64,000 nucleotides of DNA from Cyanobacteriota bacterium (GTDB lineage: Bacteria > Cyanobacteriota > Cyanobacteriia > PCC-6307 > Cyanobiaceae). The DNA lies in NCBI GenBank assembly GCA_046052125.1, contig JBJOMY010000001.1, forward strand, positions 704,001 to 768,000. The letters are read 5' to 3'. The notes under the pieces were generated by a model. That model searched no databases, was not told the DNA's origin, and saw only the letters and a list, made by a program, of their open reading frames with translations. The position numbers and the translations under genes are program-made. Positions 9,125-17,666 of this stretch are shown piece after piece (position 1 is the first letter of the stretch; every line of letters begins with the position of its first letter).

Positions 9125-9778
9125 CTAGGTGATGGACCAGTGGCGGCGTTTGATGAGGCGTGCGCCGGGGACGGCGGTGGCGGAGAGGGAGAAGGCGAGG
9201 TGAGCGGCTTCTGGTTTGGGGAGGCCTGAGATGGCGGAGGAGATGACGGAGCGGATGCGGGCCTTGATGGAGGTTTTGTTGGGGGTGGTGGTGGTTTGGG
9301 TGGTGAGGAGATCTGGCGGGAGGAGACCTGCGTCATCGATCTCGATGGCTTCTGTGGTGCGTGAGGTGAGGCGGTGATCGAGGAGGTTGTGGGCGGTGGC
9401 GGATGGATCGAGGCGGGAGAGCAGATGAATGAGGGTGGATTCGAGGGCGTCAGCGCGGTTGTCTTCTCGTTTGGCGAGGGCTGAGAAGCGCTTGGATTGG
9501 CCGGAGTGGTAGTTGGCTTCTGCGCGGAGGCGTTCGATCACCCAGCAGGTGGCATCGGCTTTGCGGAGAAAGGCCTCGCGCTTGTTGTCTTCCAGGGCGA
9601 GGGATTCCTCGAGATCGGCAATGGCGAGAGCACGTTCGTCGTCGTCCTCGGTGTCGAGGCGTTCAGAGAGATGAGCAATCCAGGAGGTTTCGACCTGGAG
9701 ATCGGTGCCGAGCTCCCAGAGGGTGGGGAGCTGGGGGGTATCGGCGGGAGGGGTGGTGATGGCGATGGCTACGGACAT
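9125..9778 (-). CDS. Siphovirus Gp157-like protein
   Basis: Coiled-coil N-terminus, 'IEIDDAGLLPPDL...PNKTSIKARI' and C-terminal 'VPGARLIKRRHWSI'; adjacent to the annealase as is typical. Confidence 0.75.
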   Translation of the reverse strand: MSVAIAITTPPADTPQLPTLWELGTDLQVETSWIAHLSERLDTEDDDERALAIADLEESLALEDNKREAFLRKADATCWVIERLRAEANYHSGQSKRFSALAKREDNRADALESTLIHLLSRLDPSATAHNLLDHRLTSRTTEAIEIDDAGLLPPDLLTTQTTTTPNKTSIKARIRSVISSAISGLPKPEAAHLAFSLSATAVPGARLIKRRHWSIT

Positions 9779-9820
9779 CGGTGTTTGGGTGCGAGGAATG
9801 GGAGGGAGAAGAAGGGAGGC

Positions 9821-10309
9821 CTATGTCGCCTGAGGGATCTGGATCACCTCGATGGGGATGGCCGAGCGGCGGCTGATGCGATGGGCCTGATCCACCAGCG
9901 AGGCCGTGCCGCGGGATCCCGGGAAAGTGATCACGAGCAAGGCAGCGCCGAGGGGAAGAGCGGAGGCCAGATCCAACGAGCGCTCGAGCATCTGGCGGTT
10001 ACGGATCGGGCCGGCGGCGCGGCCGTGCTCGCTCCAGGCAGCAGGGCAGGCGATCTGAAGCCAACCGAGCTGATCGGCAGCTGCGGCGATCGCTTGATCC
10101 GCGCCGCGGGCAGCGCCATGGAGCAGGGCCTGCACCAAGCGACCACGGGTGGCGCGCAGGAGATGGGTGGCAATCAGCTCGGAGGGCCAGGTGAGATCAC
10201 GGCCACCACCGGCCACGATCACCAGCTGGCCACTGCCAGGGAGAAAGAGTGAGCTGAATAAAGAAGCAGCAGGCGGCGCCAATGCGGCGGCCTGGGTGAG
10301 CGAAAGCAT
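9821..10309 (-). CDS. DUF2493 / YspA-like SLOG family protein
   Basis: 'VIVAGGGRD...LLHGAARGAD...W.EHGRAAGPIRNRQM...FPGSRGT'. Confidence 0.85.
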   Translation of the reverse strand: MLSLTQAAALAPPAASLFSSLFLPGSGQLVIVAGGGRDLTWPSELIATHLLRATRGRLVQALLHGAARGADQAIAAAADQLGWLQIACPAAWSEHGRAAGPIRNRQMLERSLDLASALPLGAALLVITFPGSRGTASLVDQAHRISRRSAIPIEVIQIPQAT

Positions 10310-10385
10310 GGGAAGAAAATGAGCGCAAGAGGATTTCTTTCAAGGGCTCCGGCAACAGCGGAGGCCATCCCTTGATCACCTCTTT

Positions 10386-10407
10386 ATTGTATCAGTACGG
10401 GCGTACT
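10386..10407 (-). promoter_or_regulatory. Extended -10 promoter overlapped by a LexA-like box
   Basis: Minus strand reads AGTACGCCCGTACTGATACAAT: palindrome AGTAC-N4-GTACT (10394-10407) running into TG-n-TACAAT, upstream of the SLOG-Gp157-Rad52 operon. Confidence 0.65.
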
Positions 10408-10950
10408 ATGCGCCAGGCGAGACGGGGCTCTACGGGCTCTCTTCTTGAATCTTTACGGCTCTAGATCTGAGCAACTGAGGCATCAGCAGTGCGGCAACTC
10501 TTCTAAGAGCTGAGCATCGATCAATCGCCCAGAACGCAGCCACCACAGCTGCTTCCAGGAGCATCAGGTAGGCCTGATAGAGCCATGCCACCGCAGCCGC
10601 GGGAGGACGCTGTGCGTGATGAACCAACGCCACACATCCCGGCGGCGGCAAGGACACAAGAGATCACGCGAGCGCCAGGGCCGGTGTCCGCGCAGCGGCC
10701 ACGCCGGCTCGCGAAGCCCTGGCGCCGTGTGACATCCTGAATCACCTGCCGCCGGGTGGCGATCAAGAATTAACGGTTGAACAACCGCAGCAAAGAAAGA
10801 AGCCACACGGTGTGCATCAAGCGCCCCAGTCACATTTGGTGAGAGCCTCAGCCCGGGTCAGTCACCCATCGCCCAGCAGAACGGATTTGGCTGGTTGCAG
10901 GTCATAGAGCACTGCTGCTCTCTGGCCTCCTCCCACACACCCAAGCAGTC

Positions 10951-11370
10951 ATGAGCCCTTCTGCTTCCCGCTCTCACCGCCTGAGCGCTGCAGCGCGACT
11001 TGGCTTTGTTCTTGCCGCTGCGACCGCCGCATTGATTCCCCTCTCGGCATCGGCGCGGCCCTGGCCGATCCCGCAGACCAGCTGGAACAGCAGCGTTCAG
11101 GACTATCCCGCGCCCACCGCACCGCCACGGCCCTGGTGGAACCCAGGAGTCAACACTGGCTATCAGGCTTACGCCACTCCACCGCTGACTCCTGAGCAAC
11201 AGATCCAGCGCTGCAACACCGGCCGCCTGATCGGTGGCCTCGGTGGTGGTGCCGTGGCCTACGCCATGTCACGGGATGACGGACGGGCCTGGGCGATTCC
11301 CCTCGGTGCACTGCTGGGATCACAAGTCGGCTGCAATGCGGCCGCCGGTCGCGGGCCACTGCCCTGGTGA
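10951..11370 (+). CDS. secreted/membrane glycine-zipper protein
   Basis: Signal peptide, Pro-rich linker and 'CNTGRLIGGLGGGAVAY...WAIPLGALLGSQVGC'. Confidence 0.7.
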   Translation: MSPSASRSHRLSAAARLGFVLAAATAALIPLSASARPWPIPQTSWNSSVQDYPAPTAPPRPWWNPGVNTGYQAYATPPLTPEQQIQRCNTGRLIGGLGGGAVAYAMSRDDGRAWAIPLGALLGSQVGCNAAAGRGPLPW

Positions 11371-11378
11371 GGAGCGGC

Positions 11379-12089
11379 TCAGCTCTGCTCAGGTTTCTCC
11401 GCTGTCCAGATCCAGCCCTCCTGCCTGGCTGTGACCAAATCCAAAGGCGCACGTGCGCGGCCTTGGATGAAATCAGCCGCCGCGAGCGCGGCCACTAAGG
11501 CGTCGATGGCATCGGCCGAAGTTGGAAGAATGCCGTCGAGGGCAGAGAGATCAAGCAACGGCTCCAATCCCTCAATGGAGCCGCCCTTGCCTTCTGATCC
11601 ATGGGCAAGCCGTGTTGCTGCCGGATAAACCTCAATGGCAGCGAAGGGGTTCACATCCATTGGAGACCAGGCCAATGGGATCGCCATCCGCGTCGACGTC
11701 CTCAGCGTCTGCAGCAGATCGAGTGCAGCGACAGCCGTGCGCGAAATGAAATTGGCGCCGACTTCCAGGGGGCGCTTGCGGAAACGGTTGTAGATGTCGT
11801 CGTCGGTCTGCCTGCGGAAGAGGGCATGGGCGCTGGCACCCATGGCATCTCCTGCCTGATGTCCCGCGAGAGCCCGCTGCAGCTCAATCGGCCAGCCCAG
11901 CGGTGCATCGAGGGCCAGTAAGGCTCTGCCCGATTCCTTTAGCCAGGCACCGACGATCTCCTCGGGCCTCTCTTGAGGGCTAGCGGTTCTACACGCCTTG
12001 ATCCGCACGCGCTCGCCATCCCATTGACCGAGCGCTAGCCCCACCTTGTTGGGCTGCGTGGCGCAATCGATGCCGATCAGGGCAACCAT
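11379..12089 (-). CDS. DUF429 domain protein (predicted RNase H-like nuclease)
   Basis: 'IGIDCA...ALDAPLGWP...IEVYPAAT...DAIDALVAA...EGWI'. Confidence 0.8.
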   Translation of the reverse strand: MVALIGIDCATQPNKVGLALGQWDGERVRIKACRTASPQERPEEIVGAWLKESGRALLALDAPLGWPIELQRALAGHQAGDAMGASAHALFRRQTDDDIYNRFRKRPLEVGANFISRTAVAALDLLQTLRTSTRMAIPLAWSPMDVNPFAAIEVYPAATRLAHGSEGKGGSIEGLEPLLDLSALDGILPTSADAIDALVAALAAADFIQGRARAPLDLVTARQEGWIWTAEKPEQS

Positions 12090-12106
12090 CGCCGCTGAAG
12101 TACTGC

Positions 12107-12307
12107 TCAGACTCTGGCCTGAATCCACTCCTGCAGCAGTTGCTGTGGGTCAACACCGACCAGCAACTCATCGGGAACCACAGCCACCCGGCGTAGATCG
12201 GGTACTTGCCTGCGCACCTGCGAGATGGCGTGATCGGGATCCATCGCCCGCACCGGCTGGATGCTGCAGCGCTCCTGATCGCAGAAGAACACAGAAAACG
12301 CTGCCAT
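12107..12307 (-). CDS. small hypothetical protein
   Basis: MAAFSVFFCDQERCSIQPVRAMDPDHA..., 66 aa, directly upstream of the DUF429 gene. Confidence 0.5.
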   Translation of the reverse strand: MAAFSVFFCDQERCSIQPVRAMDPDHAISQVRRQVPDLRRVAVVPDELLVGVDPQQLLQEWIQARV

Positions 12308-12471
12308 GCCTGGGGCCTTGAACGGAAATGGGGTGGACTGCGGTGTGAGGAGTGCAGCCCTGTGCATGGCTGTGATGACGGCCAGGGGGTGATGACCGCT
12401 CCTGACGCGTGAAGCGAGCACCGCTCGGTCATGGCTGAGGTGATGGCTGATGCGCAACACCAAGACGACTG

Positions 12472-12773
12472 TCAGTGGTGATGCCCAAGTGCGCTGATGG
12501 GCTCGAGCACCTCCAACAACGCCTGCAATTCCGCCTGCGGCTCCCGCTGCAACACCACGATCACGTCCGGTCCGGGGTCTGCCGCTTGCGCGAGTGCTGC
12601 ACCAACGGCTCCCTGAAGTTGCCCGGCCAGCTGCAATGCCATCAGGGCAAACGCTCCATCCACGGCGACCACCGCCAGGCTGGCCAGCCACTTCATCGCC
12701 ACCCGAGAGGCGGGGTCCTAAAACGAGAAGCAATGCAGAAGCTCACGACATGCCGGCGCGTGAATGAAGAGAA
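12472..12773 (-). pseudogene. Diverged fragment of the primase C-terminus
   Basis: Translates LFIHAPACRELLHCFSF*DPASRVAMKWL...LQLAGQLQGA...VLQREPQAELQALLEVLEPI, aligning to the end of 14216..15940, with an in-frame TAG at the Gln position. Confidence 0.85.
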
Positions 12774-12951
12774 GCGCCTGAAGTCGCGTGCGCTTTCAGC
12801 GCCGAAGCAGTAGTGGAGAATTTAGCAAGTTGAGATTTGGCAGAATACTGGCAAGAATGTCCCTTGTTGCAATTATTTTATCGAGGACCTGATTGAGAGG
12901 GCGGCTACTTACTGGGCATTGACTAGTTGCAACCAGGGTCCCTTCCCATAG

Positions 12952-13971
12952 TCAGGGCCCGGGACACGGTGGGGCATAGCACGTGCCTGGGTCATTCCCT
13001 CCATGAGACGCAGAAGACAAATCAAATACATCAGCATCAGATATATCATCGTGAACCCGCACATCCCGATTACCTGGGCTTGCTGCCAGGGCTTTAATCA
13101 CTGGTGTCGTGAATTGCCGCCTGCCTGCCCCACCATTGGCATTAAAACGCCACTTGATATCTGCCGAGAAGCGTGATCTAAAGGCGCTGTCGTAGGACAG
13201 GTTGGTGGCGAGGGTTAGGTCGTTATTGATGGCGTAAGCAAGGCGCCCCAGAACGCCAGAGCCATCTGCTGTATTTAAGTCGCCGTTTTGGTAGTAATAA
13301 CCAATCGATGCTCTTAGGGCAGGTGTGATGTTGTGGCCAGCGTCCAAGCCATAAGTATCCAGTGCGCCACCGTCGTAGACGCTGTTGAGCTGTTGCTCAG
13401 TATCGCCCGTTGGAATGAGGGCATAAGCGTTAAAGCGCCACTTGTTGGACACGGCTTCTGCATTGACTGCCGCCTGTTGGAAGAAGACAGTGCGTTGCCC
13501 TGAGACCGAAATGCCCGTATCGGCATTGCCAGTGCTCATCGGGCGAGTGTCATAGCCCGCATTGATGCCATACATCCAGCTGCGGTCACCGTTAAGCCAG
13601 CGGTAACCAAGGCGGGACGACGTGGAGATGGTGGTCCCCGTCACCAGAGTGTTGATGATGCTGCTGCTATTACCCCAGTCAGCGAAATTGGCATTCGCCA
13701 GCACATCTAAGAAGGCAACGCTGTTGTTGCCGATGACCAGTGGCAGAAAGCCGCCAATGCCTGCCTGGTTGGGGGTGCCAGCAGCCTGGGTCTGCCCCTG
13801 GACGCCAACCTGTGGTTTGACAACATCCTTGAGGTTGATGCTCATCAGCCCAAGGTCATTGGCTGTGCCTTGCGCGAGGTGAGCAGGTTTGGCGCTGGCC
13901 GCAGTTGTTGCGGTGGCTGCAAGGACCGCAGTGCTCAGTGCGGCAATGGCCAGAGAATTGGCAGGGCGCAT
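12952..13971 (-). CDS. Inverse-autotransporter-like outer-membrane beta-barrel protein
   Basis: Signal peptide from ATG 13971; amphipathic beta strands; 'SRLGYRW...MYGINAGYD...FFQQAAVNAEAVSNKW...NRDVRV'. Confidence 0.7.
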   Translation of the reverse strand: MRPANSLAIAALSTAVLAATATTAASAKPAHLAQGTANDLGLMSINLKDVVKPQVGVQGQTQAAGTPNQAGIGGFLPLVIGNNSVAFLDVLANANFADWGNSSSIINTLVTGTTISTSSRLGYRWLNGDRSWMYGINAGYDTRPMSTGNADTGISVSGQRTVFFQQAAVNAEAVSNKWRFNAYALIPTGDTEQQLNSVYDGGALDTYGLDAGHNITPALRASIGYYYQNGDLNTADGSGVLGRLAYAINNDLTLATNLSYDSAFRSRFSADIKWRFNANGGAGRRQFTTPVIKALAASPGNRDVRVHDDISDADVFDLSSASHGGNDPGTCYAPPCPGP

Positions 13972-14215
13972 GGTCGCCAGATTTTTGGTCATGGTATGGC
14001 AGATCGGTTGCAGCGCAAGGCATTTTGCGTCAGTACCGTTGTTGCGCAGTGTGTCCATCCCCGACCAAGTCAGACCCGTCTCGACAAACCCTATAAGGTC
14101 TTCCGATTTCTGTGCTGATCCTTCTTCACCCACAAAGGGTATCGGTGCAGTAGAGCAAGAAACAAAACCTCATTTTACGATCTCGGGCATCATGAAACCT
14201 CTGTGGTCGATGGAT

Positions 14216-15940
14216 TTATTGCTGAGTCAAATGAGCAACTCCTTGAAATGATGGATGCACTGACTCGGAAACCTTTATAGGCTCAAATACATCTAACAAC
14301 TCCTGCAGTTCTTCCTGAGGCTCTCGCTGCAACACCGCAATCACATCCACCCCCGGCACTGCGGCCTGGCTGAGCTCGCCTCCCGCAGCGCCCTGCAGCT
14401 GGCCCGCCAACTGCAACGCCAGTCCGGCGATCGAGCCATCCACCGCCACCAGCGCCAGGAGCTTTAGCCACTCCATAGCCACCCGACAGGCCGGGTCTTG
14501 AAACGCGATGCACTGCAGCAAGCTGCGGCACTCTGCTGCATGCACAAAGAGCCGCAAAGCGCGGCGTTCAGCGCGTTGTCGGGCTGTCCCAACGCCGACC
14601 TCGAGCACGCCAGGGAGTAGCGACACCCCCTCGCTATGGGAGACGCCATTGCCGGCTAAGGCCTGCTCCAAGCGCTGCTCCGCTGTGCGGCGAAGCACCC
14701 CCTCGGGCAGCTGCTCCACGAGAGCCTGACCGTCACGCTCTATCGCTTGCAAGATCTCCAGCGGTGAATCTCCAGGCCTTACGGATAGGGGAGCCAGGAG
14801 CCGATCGAGCCGCCATTCCAACCAGTGACGTGCACCAGCGATCAGGCCCTCGATGGCACTGGGTCCATTGCTACGAAGCAGCCCGTCAGCGTCCTGCCCC
14901 TCGGGCAGCTGCACTACCGAGGCGCTCAGCCCACCGCCCACCAACTGCGGCTGCAACTGCTCCAGCAACTTCTCCGTCGCTGCTTGCCCGGCCCGGTCAC
15001 CATCAAGAGCAATGAGCAGATGCTTCATCCCCTGGCGTTGCAAGAGCTGCAGCTGCAGCGCCGACACGCTCGTCCCCAGACAAGCCACGGCATTCGTGAA
15101 CCCCGCCTGGTGGAGCTGGATCACATCCAGCGGTCCCTCCACCAAGAGCGCCGTTCCCTCCTTCCGGATCGCCTCCGCGGCTTGGTCCAGGCCGAACACC
15201 ACGCCATTGCGCTGAAACAGCAGATCACCACTGCTATTGCGGTACTTAGGTTCCTGATTGCCAGTGGCCCGGCCGCAGAAACCCACGGTTTGACCGGATG
15301 CTTCGTTCAGGGGAATCACCAAGCGACCGCCGGCAACGCCTAACTGCCAGGTGCGGGCGGTTTCAGGGGTGATGCCACGGGCCTGCAGGTAATCAGCGCC
15401 TGCACCGCCCTGCTCGAGTTGCTGCAACAGAGCCTGGTGGAACTGAGCCCGCTGCTCACCGCGCTTGGCCATCAGTTGCCGGCGCTCGCGCCACTCCTGC
15501 TCGAACCGCGCCTGCGCCTCGGGGTCGCCCTCGGCGACGCTCACCCCCGTGCGCCGCGCCAGCTCGAGCACGGCTTCCTGAAAGCTCAGGCCCTGCCTGT
15601 CCTGCAGCCAGCCGATGGCATCGGTGCCTTTGCCGCAGACAAAGCAGTGCACGCGGTTGCGCGTTGGGCTGACAGACAGCGAGGGGCGGCGATCGTCATG
15701 CCAGGGGCAGCGGGCGAGGAACTCCCGGCCACTCTTCTTGAGTTCAGCGGGCCCAAAGAGATCGGTGATCTGGGCCCGCTCGCGCACGCTCTCCAACACC
15801 GCCGGCGTGAGCAGCCCAGACGAGCGCCCGGTGGGATGCCCACTGGGAGCCCTACGGGCCGCGCCTGCAACCACCCGATGAGGGGCGGCTTTGCCGCTGC
15901 CATTGCCACTGGTGTTGGAGAGCATGAGCATCAGAGGCAC
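14216..15940 (-). CDS. dnaG: DnaG-type DNA primase (CHC2 zinc finger + Toprim)
   Basis: 'CPWHDDRRPS...HCFVCG', 'GFCGR', 'PKYRNS', 'LVEGPLDV', 'IALDGDRAGQAA'. Confidence 0.93.
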   Translation of the reverse strand: MPLMLMLSNTSGNGSGKAAPHRVVAGAARRAPSGHPTGRSSGLLTPAVLESVRERAQITDLFGPAELKKSGREFLARCPWHDDRRPSLSVSPTRNRVHCFVCGKGTDAIGWLQDRQGLSFQEAVLELARRTGVSVAEGDPEAQARFEQEWRERRQLMAKRGEQRAQFHQALLQQLEQGGAGADYLQARGITPETARTWQLGVAGGRLVIPLNEASGQTVGFCGRATGNQEPKYRNSSGDLLFQRNGVVFGLDQAAEAIRKEGTALLVEGPLDVIQLHQAGFTNAVACLGTSVSALQLQLLQRQGMKHLLIALDGDRAGQAATEKLLEQLQPQLVGGGLSASVVQLPEGQDADGLLRSNGPSAIEGLIAGARHWLEWRLDRLLAPLSVRPGDSPLEILQAIERDGQALVEQLPEGVLRRTAEQRLEQALAGNGVSHSEGVSLLPGVLEVGVGTARQRAERRALRLFVHAAECRSLLQCIAFQDPACRVAMEWLKLLALVAVDGSIAGLALQLAGQLQGAAGGELSQAAVPGVDVIAVLQREPQEELQELLDVFEPIKVSESVHPSFQGVAHLTQQ

Positions 15941-17631
15941 TCCACGCCCGGGTACAGGTCACTGCCGATGAACAACTTGCGGGCGTTGTCGGCCTCGAGG
16001 TAGCAGTGGCCGCGGTCCATGCGGATCGTGGTCTTGCTGAAGTCGTTCTCGCCGGTGGTCTGGCCGTGACGGCATTTGCCGTGGTGGATGTCGAGAACAC
16101 CGGGCTGGGGCTGGCTGAATTCATCCACCTTGGGGCGATCGATCAGCCACACCGCTGAGGCATAGCGCTCCAGCTCAGACGTCCCCGCCAGATGGGACAC
16201 ATCGGGGCCGGTGGGGTTGCCGTAAGCGCCGCGGTTCAGCTGGGCGATCACGAAGACATCCAGCTCACAGCGGCCTGCCAGGGCCTTGATGGCCGTGGCC
16301 CTCGCTGCCAATTCAGCCGTGGTGTTGCTCCCATACCCAGGCGTTGGCCCCATGGCATGGAAGTGATCGAGCACCACCGCCGCCAGCTCGGGGTGGGCGC
16401 TCTTGCAGTCCTCCACCAGGGCCGCCAGCTCTTCCACCGTGGCGGCAAATTGCGATTGGTAGAACACGTGCCCCATGCGCTGGCCATTGGTGGCAAGGCC
16501 ATCGCCGAACTGATCGGCGAGCTGCTTGAGGTGCTCGAGATCGCGGCCCTCGATCACCTCCCCGCGGCCCTCGAGTTCGTTGGCCGAGTAGCGCGAGGAG
16601 AACACGCCGCTGGCCTTACGGCAGTAGTTGGCAAACAGGCGGGCACCGATCGCACGGCGGCTCAGTTCACAGGAGAGAACCAGAACAGAGGCACCGTTGT
16701 AGGCCAACCCCATCGCAGCGGCGATCCCCACGGTCGTCTTCCCGACGCCCGATCGCGCGGCTAATACCCAGGTGCTGTCGCCAGTGCCCGGGAGCACACC
16801 ACCGCGCATGTCGATATCAAGCGAGGGAATGCCTGTCGAAATGGATTTGGGGCGTTGATCCGCAGGCAACGAGGCCAGAGCCACGCACTCACGGGTGGAA
16901 TCAGCCACCGCGCAGACCTCCTTGTTCTGGCGATAACGCCCTGCGGTGATCGAGGTGGCGTCATTGAGGAGCTGGCGGCAGCGCTCAAGTTCGCCATCGA
17001 TACCGCAATCGATCTGCTCCCGTGCCAGGAGCTTGCGCACGCCTGAATAGAACAGCGCCCTGGCCTTGGCGCTCTGGAACAGCTGGCAGGCGATCTTGAA
17101 ATCCAGCTCGGGGTGAATCAGGCCGTCATCACCCCAGGCGATCACCTCCGAAAGCGCTTCTTCCATCTGGAGCAATGAACCGCGGAAGCGGCCTTCCAAG
17201 GCGCGTTGGCGCAGGTCCTCACGAATCGCGTTGGCATTGAGCACATCAATGTCACGCCGGCCGCGGAACAGCTCATCGATCTCCAGTGCCAAGGCTCTTA
17301 GGCCCGGTTGGGTCCAGATCGAGCCAGGCACCACCTCGTCAAAGCGCAGCCCAATGGCGCGGCGAAACAGGCCCCAGCGTTCGCGTTGGTCGTCGGTCCC
17401 AACCAACACGGCAGCCAGGAGATTCTTTTCGTGCTCCGCCAGGGAGTGATTCGCAGGCACCGTTGGCACCTCGGCCGCCATCAAGCCAGCGGCGGTCTCG
17501 ATAAAGACGCCGTCATCGATCATCTTTTGGAGCAGCGCCGGGTCAAAGGCGCCGGGGATGGTGGTCTTGAGCTCCTCGTTGCCGGGGTCGTTGTTGCCGG
17601 CACCGGAGTTCGCGTTGGTGTTAGCGGTCAT
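15931..17631 (-). CDS. DnaB-like (SF4) replicative helicase
   Basis: 'VLAARSGVGKTT', 'VVLDHF', 'IAQLNR', 'SHLAGTSELERYAS', 'KCRHG'. Confidence 0.88.
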   Translation of the reverse strand: MTANTNANSGAGNNDPGNEELKTTIPGAFDPALLQKMIDDGVFIETAAGLMAAEVPTVPANHSLAEHEKNLLAAVLVGTDDQRERWGLFRRAIGLRFDEVVPGSIWTQPGLRALALEIDELFRGRRDIDVLNANAIREDLRQRALEGRFRGSLLQMEEALSEVIAWGDDGLIHPELDFKIACQLFQSAKARALFYSGVRKLLAREQIDCGIDGELERCRQLLNDATSITAGRYRQNKEVCAVADSTRECVALASLPADQRPKSISTGIPSLDIDMRGGVLPGTGDSTWVLAARSGVGKTTVGIAAAMGLAYNGASVLVLSCELSRRAIGARLFANYCRKASGVFSSRYSANELEGRGEVIEGRDLEHLKQLADQFGDGLATNGQRMGHVFYQSQFAATVEELAALVEDCKSAHPELAAVVLDHFHAMGPTPGYGSNTTAELAARATAIKALAGRCELDVFVIAQLNRGAYGNPTGPDVSHLAGTSELERYASAVWLIDRPKVDEFSQPQPGVLDIHHGKCRHGQTTGENDFSKTTIRMDRGHCYLEADNARKLFIGSDLYPGVECL

Positions 17632-17666
17632 GGCCTGAACAGCGATGGGACGTGTGGGCCCTGGAT

